From an uncultured Chloroflexia bacterium (GTDB lineage: Bacteria; Chloroflexota; Ktedonobacteria; Ktedonobacterales; JADMIN01): a DNA stretch of 32,000 nucleotides. Shown one piece after another: positions 8,225 through 17,004 of the stretch. Below the pieces are notes generated by a model. It saw nothing but the letters and a program-made list of their open reading frames with translations. It made no database searches and was not told the origin of the DNA. The stretch lies in contig CAVRAI010000003.1 of assembly GCA_963718915.1 (NCBI GenBank), positions 150,001 through 182,000 on the forward strand, written 5' to 3'. A program made the position numbers and the translations under genes. Numbering within the stretch: the stretch's first letter is position 1; each line of letters begins with the position of its first letter.

Positions 8225-8258
8225 ACGCCTCTTCCTCTAATGGGAAGGGGCGTTTCTC
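8225..8258 (+). terminator. Intrinsic-terminator-like hairpin after the micropeptide ORF
   Basis: ACGCCTCTTCC (8225-8235) pairs with GGAAGGGGCGT (8243-8253) with one G-T wobble and a 7-nt loop, followed by TTCTC. It could also serve the convergent HxlR gene. Confidence 0.55.
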
Positions 8259-8280
8259 ATGAGTGTTCAACAGACTTCGA

Positions 8281-8664
8281 TTATGCCGATGTCTCTTCCA
8301 GACGCGCCCGATCCGCGCGTTCGCGCCGCAGCGCCACCAGCTGCGCCATGTAGTCGTCGCCCCAGTCGCGCATGAGCAGCAGAATCGGTTCGAGCGACGC
8401 GCCAAATGTCGTCAGCGAATACTCCACCCTGGGCGGCACCTCACGATAGACCTCACGGTGAATGATGCCCGCCTCTTCCAGTTCGCGCAGTTGCAAGGTC
8501 AGCATGCGCTGGGTCACCTCCGGCAGCAGGCGCCGTAATTCCCCAAACCGCTTGACGCCATCCAGCAGATGAAACAGGATAACGCCCTTCCATTTTCCGC
8601 CGATCACGTCGAGCGTTGCTTCAACCGAGCAGCTATATTTGCCCTCGTAGTGACGTCGCTTCAT
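8281..8664 (-). CDS. HxlR-family winged-helix transcriptional regulator
   Basis: I prefer the ATG at 8664 (GGAGG with an 8-nt spacer) over the track GTG at 8679, which overlaps that RBS. The sequence is typical HxlR: [72 protein letters not shown]. Confidence 0.9.
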   Translation of the reverse strand: MKRRHYEGKYSCSVEATLDVIGGKWKGVILFHLLDGVKRFGELRRLLPEVTQRMLTLQLRELEEAGIIHREVYREVPPRVEYSLTTFGASLEPILLLMRDWGDDYMAQLVALRRERADRARLEETSA

Positions 8665-8861
8665 GACAAATACCTCCACAATAGTTTCATTTTCGATACT
8701 ATGTCACATTATTGTGTGTACTTGCGAAATTAATGATGAAAGAGCATAGTTGTTGAAGAGGATGCTGACGCCTGTTGGAGACTCGTAGCGCTGAACACCA
8801 GAGGATTATGCTTCGCCAAGAGGCCGTATGCGATAGAAAGCAGTGAAGAGGTCTTTTACCC

Positions 8862-9797
8862 ATGGCACAGATGCATGCTGTTCGCCTGCACCAGTATGGC
8901 GCGGCAGAGAATTTGATGTACGAAGAGACGCAACGTCCCGAGCCACAGGCTGGCGAAGTGCTGGTGCGCGTCCGCGCCGCTGGCGTCAACCCGGTTGACT
9001 GGAAGACACGCACCGGGCATGGTGTCGCTGGCCCGCTGGAGTCGCCGATCATCCTGGGCTGGGATATCGCTGGCGTGGTCGAGGAGGTAGGCAGCGGGGT
9101 TGACCAGTTTACCGCTGGCGATGAAGTCTTCGGGATGGTGCGCTTTCCAGAGTTCGGCAGCGCCTATGCCGACTATGTGGCCGCTCCCGCCAGCGATCTC
9201 GCGAGGAAGCCGACGAATAGCTCGTTTGCCGAAGCGGCCGCGGCGCCTCTGGTAGCTCTCACCGCCTGGCAGGCGCTCTTTAAGACGGCGCGACTCCAGG
9301 CTGGCCAGACGCTCCTTGTGCATGCCGCGGCGGGTGGCGTTGGCCATATCGCCGTCCAGCTCGCGAAGTGGAAGGGCGCGCAGGTCATTGGCACAGCCTC
9401 GGCGCAGAACGCGGATTTTCTGCGCAGTCTCGGCGCTGACCAGGTGATCGACTATACCCACGAGCGCTTCGAGGATGTTGCGCGCGAGGTCGATGTCGTG
9501 CTGGATACGCAAGGCGGCGCGACGCAGAAACGGTCGTTCGCCACGCTCAAGCCGGGTGGGGCGCTCGTCTCGATTGCGGAGACGCCCGACGAGGCGCTCG
9601 CACAGCGCTACGGCGTGCGCACGGCGCGTATTCGTGTCCGTCCCAGCGGCGAGCAGATGGCGGAGATCGCCCAACTCTTCGAGAGCGGAAATGTCCGTGT
9701 GGAGGTCGCGCGCACGTTTCCACTGGCTGAAGCAGCTGAGGCGCATCGTCTGAGCGAAACCGGCCACACGCGCGGCAAAATCCTGCTGATCCCGTAG
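8862..9797 (+). CDS. NADPH:quinone oxidoreductase-like medium-chain dehydrogenase/reductase
   Basis: 311-aa ORF divergent from the HxlR gene, which is a common pairing. It has the MDR pattern GEVLVRVRAAGVNPVDWKTRTG and the nucleotide-binding LVHAAAGGVGHIAVQLAK. Confidence 0.9.
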   Translation: MAQMHAVRLHQYGAAENLMYEETQRPEPQAGEVLVRVRAAGVNPVDWKTRTGHGVAGPLESPIILGWDIAGVVEEVGSGVDQFTAGDEVFGMVRFPEFGSAYADYVAAPASDLARKPTNSSFAEAAAAPLVALTAWQALFKTARLQAGQTLLVHAAAGGVGHIAVQLAKWKGAQVIGTASAQNADFLRSLGADQVIDYTHERFEDVAREVDVVLDTQGGATQKRSFATLKPGGALVSIAETPDEALAQRYGVRTARIRVRPSGEQMAEIAQLFESGNVRVEVARTFPLAEAAEAHRLSETGHTRGKILLIP

Positions 9798-9879
9798 CCT
9801 TCACAGTGCGACGACCCTCCAGTGGTGGAAGAGGCGCCTGCTGGCCGTGTGGCCGCGCACAAGGCCGCCACAGCTTCGC

Positions 9880-10566
9880 CTACTGGTCGGCTGGGTCAAT
9901 CGTCGCGGGCAATTGGAATGTGGCAATGATCTGCTTCACCGTCTGAACATCCGCGAGCGCCGCGGAACTCATAATCCCCTGTTTGTCGACCTGGTAATAC
10001 GAAAGGAACAGGTAGACATTGGTCGTGCCCGCGTCATTCGTGACGGCCATCACGATGCCCTCACTCGCCGCCTGCGCCCGTCCGCTATTGTGCGCCTGAA
10101 CCGTCGATGGGATATAGGGTTGGAAGACGTCGACCGCCGGATTATCCGCGACCTGTAGATGGCTGACTGTTAAGTGTTCCAGCGTGATATCCGCTGATGT
10201 CGGTATAGCCTTGGCAAGCGCAGCCGCTGGCGGTGATTGATCCAGCGACACAATCGGACTCATCGTCGTTCCATCAGGGTTGGCGAGGGTGATATGGCTG
10301 CCATTACTGCCGGGAAGCAGCATCCACGACGATGGATAACGCAAGCCTGAAACCATAGATTGGGTCGGTAAAAGTCTTCCAGCCGGGATGACCGTTTACC
10401 GTGGCCATCGTGGCGACAACAGTTGGCACCAGACAAGGAACAGTGCTGCGCTGGTGCTGGCGACGAACGGGTCGGGAATCTCGCACGCGCTCAGCGCCAG
10501 CGTCAGGAGCACCGCCAGACAAATGTGAGCGAGTGAACCAGACGAGCGCAAGTGGGACTTCCACAT
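9880..10566 (-). pseudogene. Lipoprotein gene interrupted by two compensating frameshifts (pseudogene or sequence error)
   Basis: ATG at 10566 (AAGGAG 9 nt upstream) encodes a lipoprotein signal, MWKSHLRSSGSLAHICLAVLLTLALSAC, with lipobox LSAC. That frame hits TAA at 10398-10396. A second frame (track ORF 10304..10564) carries ...ATMATVNGHPGWKTFTDPIYGFRL and stops at 10304. The original frame resumes as LRYPSSWMLLPGSNGSHITLANPDG... (track ORF 9880..10356). Positions 10566 and 10356 are in the same phase. Confidence 0.55.
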
Positions 10567-10815
10567 TCGAGCGGACTCCTTACCATTGCTTCCGAGTAGT
10601 GCCTGACCTCAATCGGTCGAATAGCAACTCCACTCAAACGATGCGCCTACAGGCACTGATACGCAATTTTGCGGGTCTCATTCTGTATGACAGGACGAGA
10701 AAATGCCTCTCCGCCGTTTCGACGGAAGGGCGTTCTCAACAAACTGTGAACTGCTACACAGATAGAAGCGGGCGGGCGGCGAACACGCTGGAAGCCGACT
10801 GAGCGCCCTACCTGC

Positions 10816-12465
10816 TCAGTTCGCGATGTCTTTGCGCATGAAGCGCGCCGACGCCAGCACCAGCGCCACCGCGGCAACGGCCAGCACGATCAGCATATCC
10901 CCTAGCGGCAAGCCATTGGACAGCGGCGTGCCATAGTAGTAGAACGCCGACAGCCGCAGCACCGCATCCGGTACTTTCAACTCTGGCCCGACGAAGCTGA
11001 TGACGAACCAGATCACCAGCAGGAAGCTCAAAAGGCCGGTGTCAATCGCCGTGCGCAGCCAGCCGGAGAACAGGTAGCCCAGCGCCGCGATCAGCAACCC
11101 CAGCGGAATGATGGAGAGCGAGGCGGCAGCCAGGTTGCCCCAGTCGAGCGCCAGGCCACTGATTGTCACAGCCAGCGTACTCAGCGCCAGGGTCGCCACG
11201 GCAATGATCACCGTCGCGGTGGCGAGCGCACCGAAACGCGCCAGGATCACCTTCAAGCGCGGCTGCGGCGTGGACAGCACAAGCTCCTGCAGGCCATCTT
11301 CTTCATCGGCGGCCCAGCGGCTCGCCTGGGTGACGGCAAAGGCCATCAGCAGCGCCGCGAAGATGACAAAGAAGAAGCCCAGCAGCGAGGCATTGAAGTT
11401 GGCATTGCTCCCGCCAAGGCTGCTAATCAAGCCTGTAAACAGTGGTGAACTGTCAGCGAGGGACTGGAGCTGTTTCTCCGTTTGCACGCCAATGAAGACC
11501 GCGAATGCGGCAAATCCGGCGATGACGACCGTCCACCAGATGGTGGGAACAGCCATCTTCGCCAGGCTGCGCGTGTAGATCGACTGCAAAGACCAGGCGT
11601 GCGCGGGCAGCGCGTCTTCAGGGCGCATCGCGCGCTTGGGCAGGGTGAGCCAGCGTGGCAGCGCCACCGCCGCGCCGATATCGCGCCGCACAAACAGCCA
11701 GATCGCCGCGCCACTCAACACGACGCTCAACACCACCATCACCAGCATCGCGACGGGATCAGTACCGTAGCTGGGAATCAGCGGCTTGCTCAGGTTGTAG
11801 TAGTAGACCGGAGAGAGACGCGAGATCCAGTCGGTATTGGGAACGATCCGGTGGATCATGTCCACCACGATAAACAACGCCAGCAGCCCACCTGTGATGC
11901 CCGCCGCGGAGCGATTCTCCTGCGTGAACTGCGAGATGAGCAGCGCGAGGCTGCCAAAGACGCCGCAGATCAGCGCGAGGTTCAGGCCAAACAGCAAGGC
12001 ATCGCCAAACGTAAAGTCGGCGTTCACATGTGCGCCGCCGGCATACGTCAACACCCCGATCAGGACCGCCATCAACAGCAGCGCCGTCCACATCGCCGCC
12101 AGTTTCTCCAGGGCCACCCGCCCGCGGCCACGTGGCAGCGAGAGCAGCGTATCCATCGAGCCGCGGGTCTCCTCGCCGCGCAGCATGCGGCTGCCCGCCA
12201 GGATCGGCCAGAGCGCCAGCACCAGGATGGTGAAACCATATTTCCAGGTGGCATAGCCGCCCGGAGTGTCAACCCGTATCGGCTCGGCAAGCCAGCCGAA
12301 CGAACTGGCCAGACTGACGAGCGTGGCGCGCGCTGCGGGGGTCGCAGTCACCGAGGAAATGGCATCCAACACCACATACATGAGTAGCCCGAGGCCTATG
12401 CCCCAGCCCAGGATGGCGATGCGGTAATCGCGCAGGGTTTTGAGAAAGATACTACGAAACAACAT
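10816..12465 (-). CDS. ABC-2-type transporter permease (large, about 12 TM)
   Basis: The product is about 549 aa and highly hydrophobic, with repeated TM segments. ATG at 12465 has GGGAGG 6 nt upstream; the track uses GTG at 12468. It overlaps the upstream ATPase stop by 14 nt, consistent with one operon. Confidence 0.85.
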   Translation of the reverse strand: MLFRSIFLKTLRDYRIAILGWGIGLGLLMYVVLDAISSVTATPAARATLVSLASSFGWLAEPIRVDTPGGYATWKYGFTILVLALWPILAGSRMLRGEETRGSMDTLLSLPRGRGRVALEKLAAMWTALLLMAVLIGVLTYAGGAHVNADFTFGDALLFGLNLALICGVFGSLALLISQFTQENRSAAGITGGLLALFIVVDMIHRIVPNTDWISRLSPVYYYNLSKPLIPSYGTDPVAMLVMVVLSVVLSGAAIWLFVRRDIGAAVALPRWLTLPKRAMRPEDALPAHAWSLQSIYTRSLAKMAVPTIWWTVVIAGFAAFAVFIGVQTEKQLQSLADSSPLFTGLISSLGGSNANFNASLLGFFFVIFAALLMAFAVTQASRWAADEEDGLQELVLSTPQPRLKVILARFGALATATVIIAVATLALSTLAVTISGLALDWGNLAAASLSIIPLGLLIAALGYLFSGWLRTAIDTGLLSFLLVIWFVISFVGPELKVPDAVLRLSAFYYYGTPLSNGLPLGDMLIVLAVAAVALVLASARFMRKDIAN

Positions 12466-13381
12466 CACTCGCCTCCCTGGCGGCGAGGCCGTCGCCCTCG
12501 TAATAGCGCAGGAAGATATCCTCCAGGCTGGGTTCCTGGCTGGTCAGGGTCACGATCTGATACTGCGCCGCCGCCTTGATGACGCCATCCAGCCCACCCG
12601 AGACCGTCAGACGCAGCGTGTGCCCATCCGGCAGCGCGTCTACCTGCTCGACGCCCTCCAGCGACTTGAAGGCATTAGCGGGCGCGGCATCGGCAAAGGT
12701 GATGGTGACTTCATGGCGCTTGAGGCCTTTGAGTTCGGTCACGCCGCCCACGCGCACCAGCCGCCCCTCGCGGATAATCGCCACGCGCGTGCAGGTCTGT
12801 TCCACCTCGGTCAGGATATGCGACGAGAGGAAGACGGTACGTCCATCCTCGCGCACTTCCTTCACCATGCGGTCAAACTCCTGCTGGTTGAGCGGATCGA
12901 GGCCATTGGTTGGCTCATCGAGGATGAGCAGGCGCGGGCGATGCATGAAGGCCTGCACGATGCCAATCTTCCGCTTATTGCCACTGGAATACTGCCGGAA
13001 CTTGCGCGTGGGGTCCAGGCCCATCCGCGCGATCAACTGTTTCAGGTAGGTCTGATCGACTCCGCCGCGCAGGTTTCCGAAGTATTCGAGAATCTGGCCA
13101 CCGGTCAGGTTCGGATCCAACGACAACTCGCCAGGCAGGTATCCCACCAGCCGCTTGACATCGGTGGACTGCTCCCAGCAATCCAGCCCGCCGATATGCG
13201 CGCCGCCAGCGGTGGGCCGTAGCAGCCCCATCAGGGTGCGAATGGTAGTTGTTTTGCCCGCGCCATTCGGCCCCAGAAAACCGAAGACTTCGCCCTCGTT
13301 GATCGTGAACGTCACGTCTTCGATGCCGCGGCTGGAGCCATAGCGTTTGGTCAGCCCCTGAGTTTCGACCAGTGTGGTCAT
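12452..13381 (-). CDS. ABC transporter ATP-binding protein
   Basis: Start MTTLVETQGLTKRYG at 13381, forming an ATGA overlap with the upstream regulator stop. Walker A GPNGAGKTT, signature-like YSSGNKRK, Walker B LLILDEPT. Confidence 0.92.
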   Translation of the reverse strand: MTTLVETQGLTKRYGSSRGIEDVTFTINEGEVFGFLGPNGAGKTTTIRTLMGLLRPTAGGAHIGGLDCWEQSTDVKRLVGYLPGELSLDPNLTGGQILEYFGNLRGGVDQTYLKQLIARMGLDPTRKFRQYSSGNKRKIGIVQAFMHRPRLLILDEPTNGLDPLNQQEFDRMVKEVREDGRTVFLSSHILTEVEQTCTRVAIIREGRLVRVGGVTELKGLKRHEVTITFADAAPANAFKSLEGVEQVDALPDGHTLRLTVSGGLDGVIKAAAQYQIVTLTSQEPSLEDIFLRYYEGDGLAAREASDVVS

Positions 13382-13911
13382 TTCCTGTTCTCTCTTTTTG
13401 CCTGCTGAAGCGCTCGCCAGCGCTCCAGGGTGGTTTGGCGCTCCTCGAGCACCATATCGCAAAACTCGATCAACGTATCCAGATGATCTCTGGCGGTATT
13501 CTCCGAGGATTCAATGACCCCGGCGCCGTGCTCGGCCATCTGGCGCAATGACTGAATACTCTCCATATCTATGAGAATTGAACGCTCCCAGGCGTCATGG
13601 GTGAACTGATAGTAATCCTTCCGGTCGCCACGTTGCGTCACCAGGTCGGCCCAACCGATGGCCAGAATCAGCCGCATATTGGTCGAGACCGAGGCGCGCG
13701 AGACGCTCAGGATGCTCGCGAGGTCATCCAGCGAGAGCGGTCGGTCGGCGACGAGTAACAAGCCCAGAAGGCGGCCACCAATGCGCGGCAGCGCAAAGCG
13801 CTCGAAGTACACCCCCATGCTCTCGACGAAGGCTTGCGCCTCGACGGATAATGGTTGCGGGCGCGCGTCTGGCGGTGGTTGGGACTGCGGCAGTTGCTGC
13901 GCTTGGGACAT
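13378..13911 (-). CDS. GbsR/MarR-like winged-helix transcriptional regulator
   Basis: I prefer the ATG at 13911 (GGAGGG with a 5-nt spacer). The pattern FVESMGVYFERFALPRIGGRLLGLLLVADRPLSLDDLASILSVSRASVSTNMRLI is typical of GbsR-type regulators heading ABC-2 operons. This assignment is from recollection. Confidence 0.75.
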   Translation of the reverse strand: MSQAQQLPQSQPPPDARPQPLSVEAQAFVESMGVYFERFALPRIGGRLLGLLLVADRPLSLDDLASILSVSRASVSTNMRLILAIGWADLVTQRGDRKDYYQFTHDAWERSILIDMESIQSLRQMAEHGAGVIESSENTARDHLDTLIEFCDMVLEERQTTLERWRALQQAKRENRK

Positions 13912-13965
13912 GTGGCCCTCCAGGCTCTGGTCAATGGTCAGCGGATACGTATCGCCTGAGCGCAA

Positions 13966-13994
13966 TAGTAGTTCATTTAGTTTGTTCAGTCAAG
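13966..13994 (-). promoter_or_regulatory. Sigma70-like promoter for the regulator/ABC operon
   Basis: On the minus strand: TTGACT (13994-13989), a 17-nt spacer, then TACTAT (13971-13966). It sits about 55 nt upstream of the ATG at 13911. The spacer contains a direct TGAAC...TGAAC. Confidence 0.45.
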
Positions 13995-14068
13995 ACTGAA
14001 ACATCAGACTTTCGACCTAGCTGCAATTGATACGCAATCCGTTTGGGGTGTTGTAGTAAGAAGGCGCG

Positions 14069-14545
14069 CCGTAGTGTGATGAACGTTCACGTATTCCTCC
14101 GAACACCGCGCGTTGTGGCGGGCGAGACAGGCCGGAGCGTGATGTCGTTTTCGCATTTGCGACGGAGACGGGCATTGCGGTGGGGCGAGCAAGCCGGAGC
14201 GTTCACGCTCCGGCGAATGGGCCTGGGAGGTGGAAAATTCGCCGGAGCATGATGTAGTTTTACTAATTACAACGGACCGCCACGGCGGCGGGCGACTGAA
14301 GTCGCGCCTGAAGGGCCTCGCCTGCTGCGCCTGCTGCGCCTGCTGCGCACGCTCCGCCACAAAACCCGCCTGCGCGGGGTGCCCAGAACCGCTCGCCAGC
14401 GGGTCGCTCGTCGGGACACGATCTGGGAAGTCCGCGACGGCGGACTTCGTGGCCGCAGGCCCTTCAGGCGCGGTTTGAACCGCCCGCGCTGCCCAGCGCG
14501 TGTCCCTGGTAAATTCTAAAACTACATTATGCTCCGGCGCGCGCC
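14069..14545. repeat. Intergenic nested-hairpin repeat element, copy A
   Basis: Repeated half-arms GCCG(G/T)AG(C/T)(G/A)T(G/A)ATG start at 14069, 14131 and 14241. Hairpin GCCGGAGCG-TTCA-CGCTCCGGC at 14193-14214. Hairpin GGCGAAT/ATTCGCC at 14212-14243. A 23-bp long-range inverted repeat joins 14240-14262 to 14517-14539 (one G-T). A 14-bp inverted repeat joins 14304-14317 to 14458-14471. A 9-bp hairpin lies at 14427-14448. (GCCTGCTGC) x3 lies at 14320-14346. Confidence 0.8.
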
Positions 14546-14599
14546 CCTCAGCAGACTGCTGGCGCTATCTGTATGCGCGACGCTAGGCTATCCCTTCTG

Positions 14600-15694
14600 T
14601 CATGCATCCGCTCCATCGAAGGGAACCACCTGGCTGCTGGCGGCGCTCTCGCGGGCCGCCTCGATCACGCGGATCGTCTTCAGCGCGTCGCGAGGGTCCA
14701 CGGGTAGTGGGCCGCCCGCCCGTATGGCATCGCGCACCATTTGATAGAACGTCTCATAGCTTCCTGGCAGCGACTGTGCCACCGCGGCGACCGAGACCGC
14801 GCCGATGTCGGTATAGAGGCGGCCCCAGATGCTTTCCGGCTCCTCCGCCCAGCCCTCGTCGCCAGGCCGACCACCCGTGCGCAACATATCCTCCTGGGTG
14901 TCCAGGCCAAATTTTTCATAGAAGCCACGGCTGCCAATGACGCGGTAGCGGGGACCAAGCTGGCGCACCAGCACGCTCATCCAGAGGTGAGCAACGCTGC
15001 CGTTGGCGAAGCGCAGCGCGACGAACGTATCGTCGTCTACCTGGGCGCCGGGACGCCGCGCATCCACCTCCGCATAGACCGAGACAGGGTCACCCAGCAG
15101 CACCAGCGCCTGGTCGACCAGGTGCGCGCCGAGATCGAAGAGCAGACCGCCCGCCTCCTGTGGCGCCGCGTGCTCGCGCCAGGCAGCCGCATTCACCGTC
15201 GGGCGATAACGCTCGTAGCGGCTCTCGAAGCGCACGATATCGCCCAACGCGCCCGCCGACTTCAACGCCTGAAGCGTGCGAAAATCGCTATCCCAGCGGC
15301 GATTCTGGAAGACCGTCAGCGGCGCATTCGCCGCCGTGGCCGCCGCGATCAACTGGCGCGCGTCGGCGCTGGTGGAGGTGAATGGCTTATCGACGACGAC
15401 GGGCAATCCCGCCTGGATGGCGGCCATGCCGAGCGCGAGATGGCTATCATTCGGCGTCGCCACCACCACCAGATCAACCGCCGTGGGATCGGCAAAGAGC
15501 GCATCCGCTGTGGGTAGCACGCGCGCCGTGGGATAGTCGCGCTGCGCCCGCGCCTGGCGCTCGGGGTTAGAGGTGACGATCACCGCAACCTCCATCCCAG
15601 CGACTGAGGCAATCAGTGGCGCGTGGAAGACAGAGCCGGCAAGCCCATAGCCCAGGACTGCCGCCCGGATCGGCGATTGTTGTGAGGATGACAC
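14600..15694 (-). CDS. Gfo/Idh/MocA-family NAD(P)-dependent oxidoreductase
   Basis: 364-aa ORF with a GTG start. N-terminal Rossmann segment IRAAVLGYGLAGSVFHAPL and a typical family length. It is the last gene of the sugar-transport operon. Confidence 0.9.
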   Translation of the reverse strand: MSSSQQSPIRAAVLGYGLAGSVFHAPLIASVAGMEVAVIVTSNPERQARAQRDYPTARVLPTADALFADPTAVDLVVVATPNDSHLALGMAAIQAGLPVVVDKPFTSTSADARQLIAAATAANAPLTVFQNRRWDSDFRTLQALKSAGALGDIVRFESRYERYRPTVNAAAWREHAAPQEAGGLLFDLGAHLVDQALVLLGDPVSVYAEVDARRPGAQVDDDTFVALRFANGSVAHLWMSVLVRQLGPRYRVIGSRGFYEKFGLDTQEDMLRTGGRPGDEGWAEEPESIWGRLYTDIGAVSVAAVAQSLPGSYETFYQMVRDAIRAGGPLPVDPRDALKTIRVIEAARESAASSQVVPFDGADA

Positions 15695-15780
15695 TGGAAG
15701 CCCACCATTCCTTGTTCATAAAAGAAGCACATAGAACGAAGCGCCAGGAGATCGTCCTGGCGCCCCTGAATCGACCGCTA

Positions 15781-17004
15781 TTAGCGACCACTGGCCGCGT
15801 TACGGCGTCGCACAACGGCATCGGCGGTCACCGCGATGAGCAGCACCAGACCCTCAACCATCAGTTTGACGTCTGTTCCCTGATTCAGCAGATCGAGGCC
15901 ATTTTCCAGGCTGCCGATAATGAGCGAGCCGAGCACGACCGCCCAGACCGAGCCGCGCCCGCCGAAGAGGCTGACACCGCCGATCACCGCTGCGGCAATC
16001 GCATCCAGCAGCAGGGTCGGATTAATCTGCGCCGAGGCCGAGATCGCGCGCGAGGAGGCCAGGACGCCGCCAATCGCCGCCAGCGTGGAGGCCAGGATAA
16101 AGATGGTCACCCGGATACCGACGACGCCGATACCCGCGCGCCGCGCCGCCTCAGCATTGCCACCGACGGCGTAGACATGGCGGCCAAAGCCGGTAAAGCG
16201 CATGATGAGCCAGAACACGATCAACGCCGTCAGCAGAATCAGCGCCGAGTACGGAATGCCGCGGTAGCTCTCGAAGACGATCAGCCCCACCACCGAGATG
16301 ATGACAACCGCGCCCGTGCGTAAGGCGACATCCCAGATGGGAGCCTGCGGCAGGCCCGCCCGCTGACGCCGGACACGTGTCCAGAGCTGGAGCAGCACAT
16401 AGACCGCAATGAGCGGAATCGGCAGCAGAACATCCCACGGGAAGGTGAGATAGTTGGTGGCGATGCCCGTCAGGAACGGGTCAATCAGGCGAATCGAGGC
16501 GTTGGGCAGCAGGTGAATCAGCACACCCGTATAGCCAATCAGCGCCGCCAGTGTCACGATAAACGACGGCACACGCAACACCGCGATAAAGAACCCATTG
16601 ACGAGGCCGATGACCACACCAACGACGATTGCGCTGATGATCGCAAAGGTCGCTGAGGCCGCGTGGTTCGCCGAAAGCACCACCAGCACCGCGCCACAGA
16701 GGCTGGCGACGGCGGCCAGCGAGAGGTCGATTTCCGCGATGAGCAGCACGAGCACCGAGCCCAGCCCCAGGAAGCCAATCGTGGCAATCTGCAGAATCAG
16801 GTTACTCAGGTTCTGTGGGGAGAAGAATATCCCACCACTGGTGATCTCGAAGAAGATGGCGATTAGTATGAGCGTCATCACAACGGGAAGCTGCCCAAGT
16901 TCGCCACGGCGGAAGCGGTCGCCCAGTGTCTGTAATGGGCCAGCTGAGCTTGGCTCAACTTTTGGCGTAGCAGGCGCCGATTCGGCAGAGGATGGGCTCG
17001 TCAT
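15781..17004 (-). CDS. Sugar ABC transporter permease (CUT2 family, XylH-like)
   Basis: 407-aa polytopic membrane protein. Its ATG overlaps the ATPase stop (ATGA at 17001-17004). The sequence is typical of ribose/xylose-type permeases. Confidence 0.9.
   Translation of the reverse strand: MTSPSSAESAPATPKVEPSSAGPLQTLGDRFRRGELGQLPVVMTLILIAIFFEITSGGIFFSPQNLSNLILQIATIGFLGLGSVLVLLIAEIDLSLAAVASLCGAVLVVLSANHAASATFAIISAIVVGVVIGLVNGFFIAVLRVPSFIVTLAALIGYTGVLIHLLPNASIRLIDPFLTGIATNYLTFPWDVLLPIPLIAVYVLLQLWTRVRRQRAGLPQAPIWDVALRTGAVVIISVVGLIVFESYRGIPYSALILLTALIVFWLIMRFTGFGRHVYAVGGNAEAARRAGIGVVGIRVTIFILASTLAAIGGVLASSRAISASAQINPTLLLDAIAAAVIGGVSLFGGRGSVWAVVLGSLIIGSLENGLDLLNQGTDVKLMVEGLVLLIAVTADAVVRRRNAASGR

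Noticed and set aside
8856-9767. 303-aa minus-strand ORF
   Set aside because: It is the antisense shadow of the quinone-oxidoreductase-like gene.
11482-13222. Plus-strand ORFs 11482..12387 (301 aa) and 12440..13222 (260 aa)
   Set aside because: They are antisense to the ABC permease and ATPase genes. Their products are His/Arg/Gln-rich nonsense composition.
14230-14478. 82-aa ORF containing ...GLACCACCACCARS..., superficially another Cys-rich peptide
   Set aside because: The Cys run is simply the translation of the (GCCTGCTGC) x3 tandem repeat inside repeat element A. There is no RBS, and the ORF spans hairpin arms.
14455-14496. tRNA-like T-arm impression (GCGGTTTGAACCGC ... TGCCCA)
   Set aside because: The loop is 6 nt rather than the 7-nt TTCRANN loop. 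No acceptor, D or anticodon stems can be built. The segment belongs to repeat element A.
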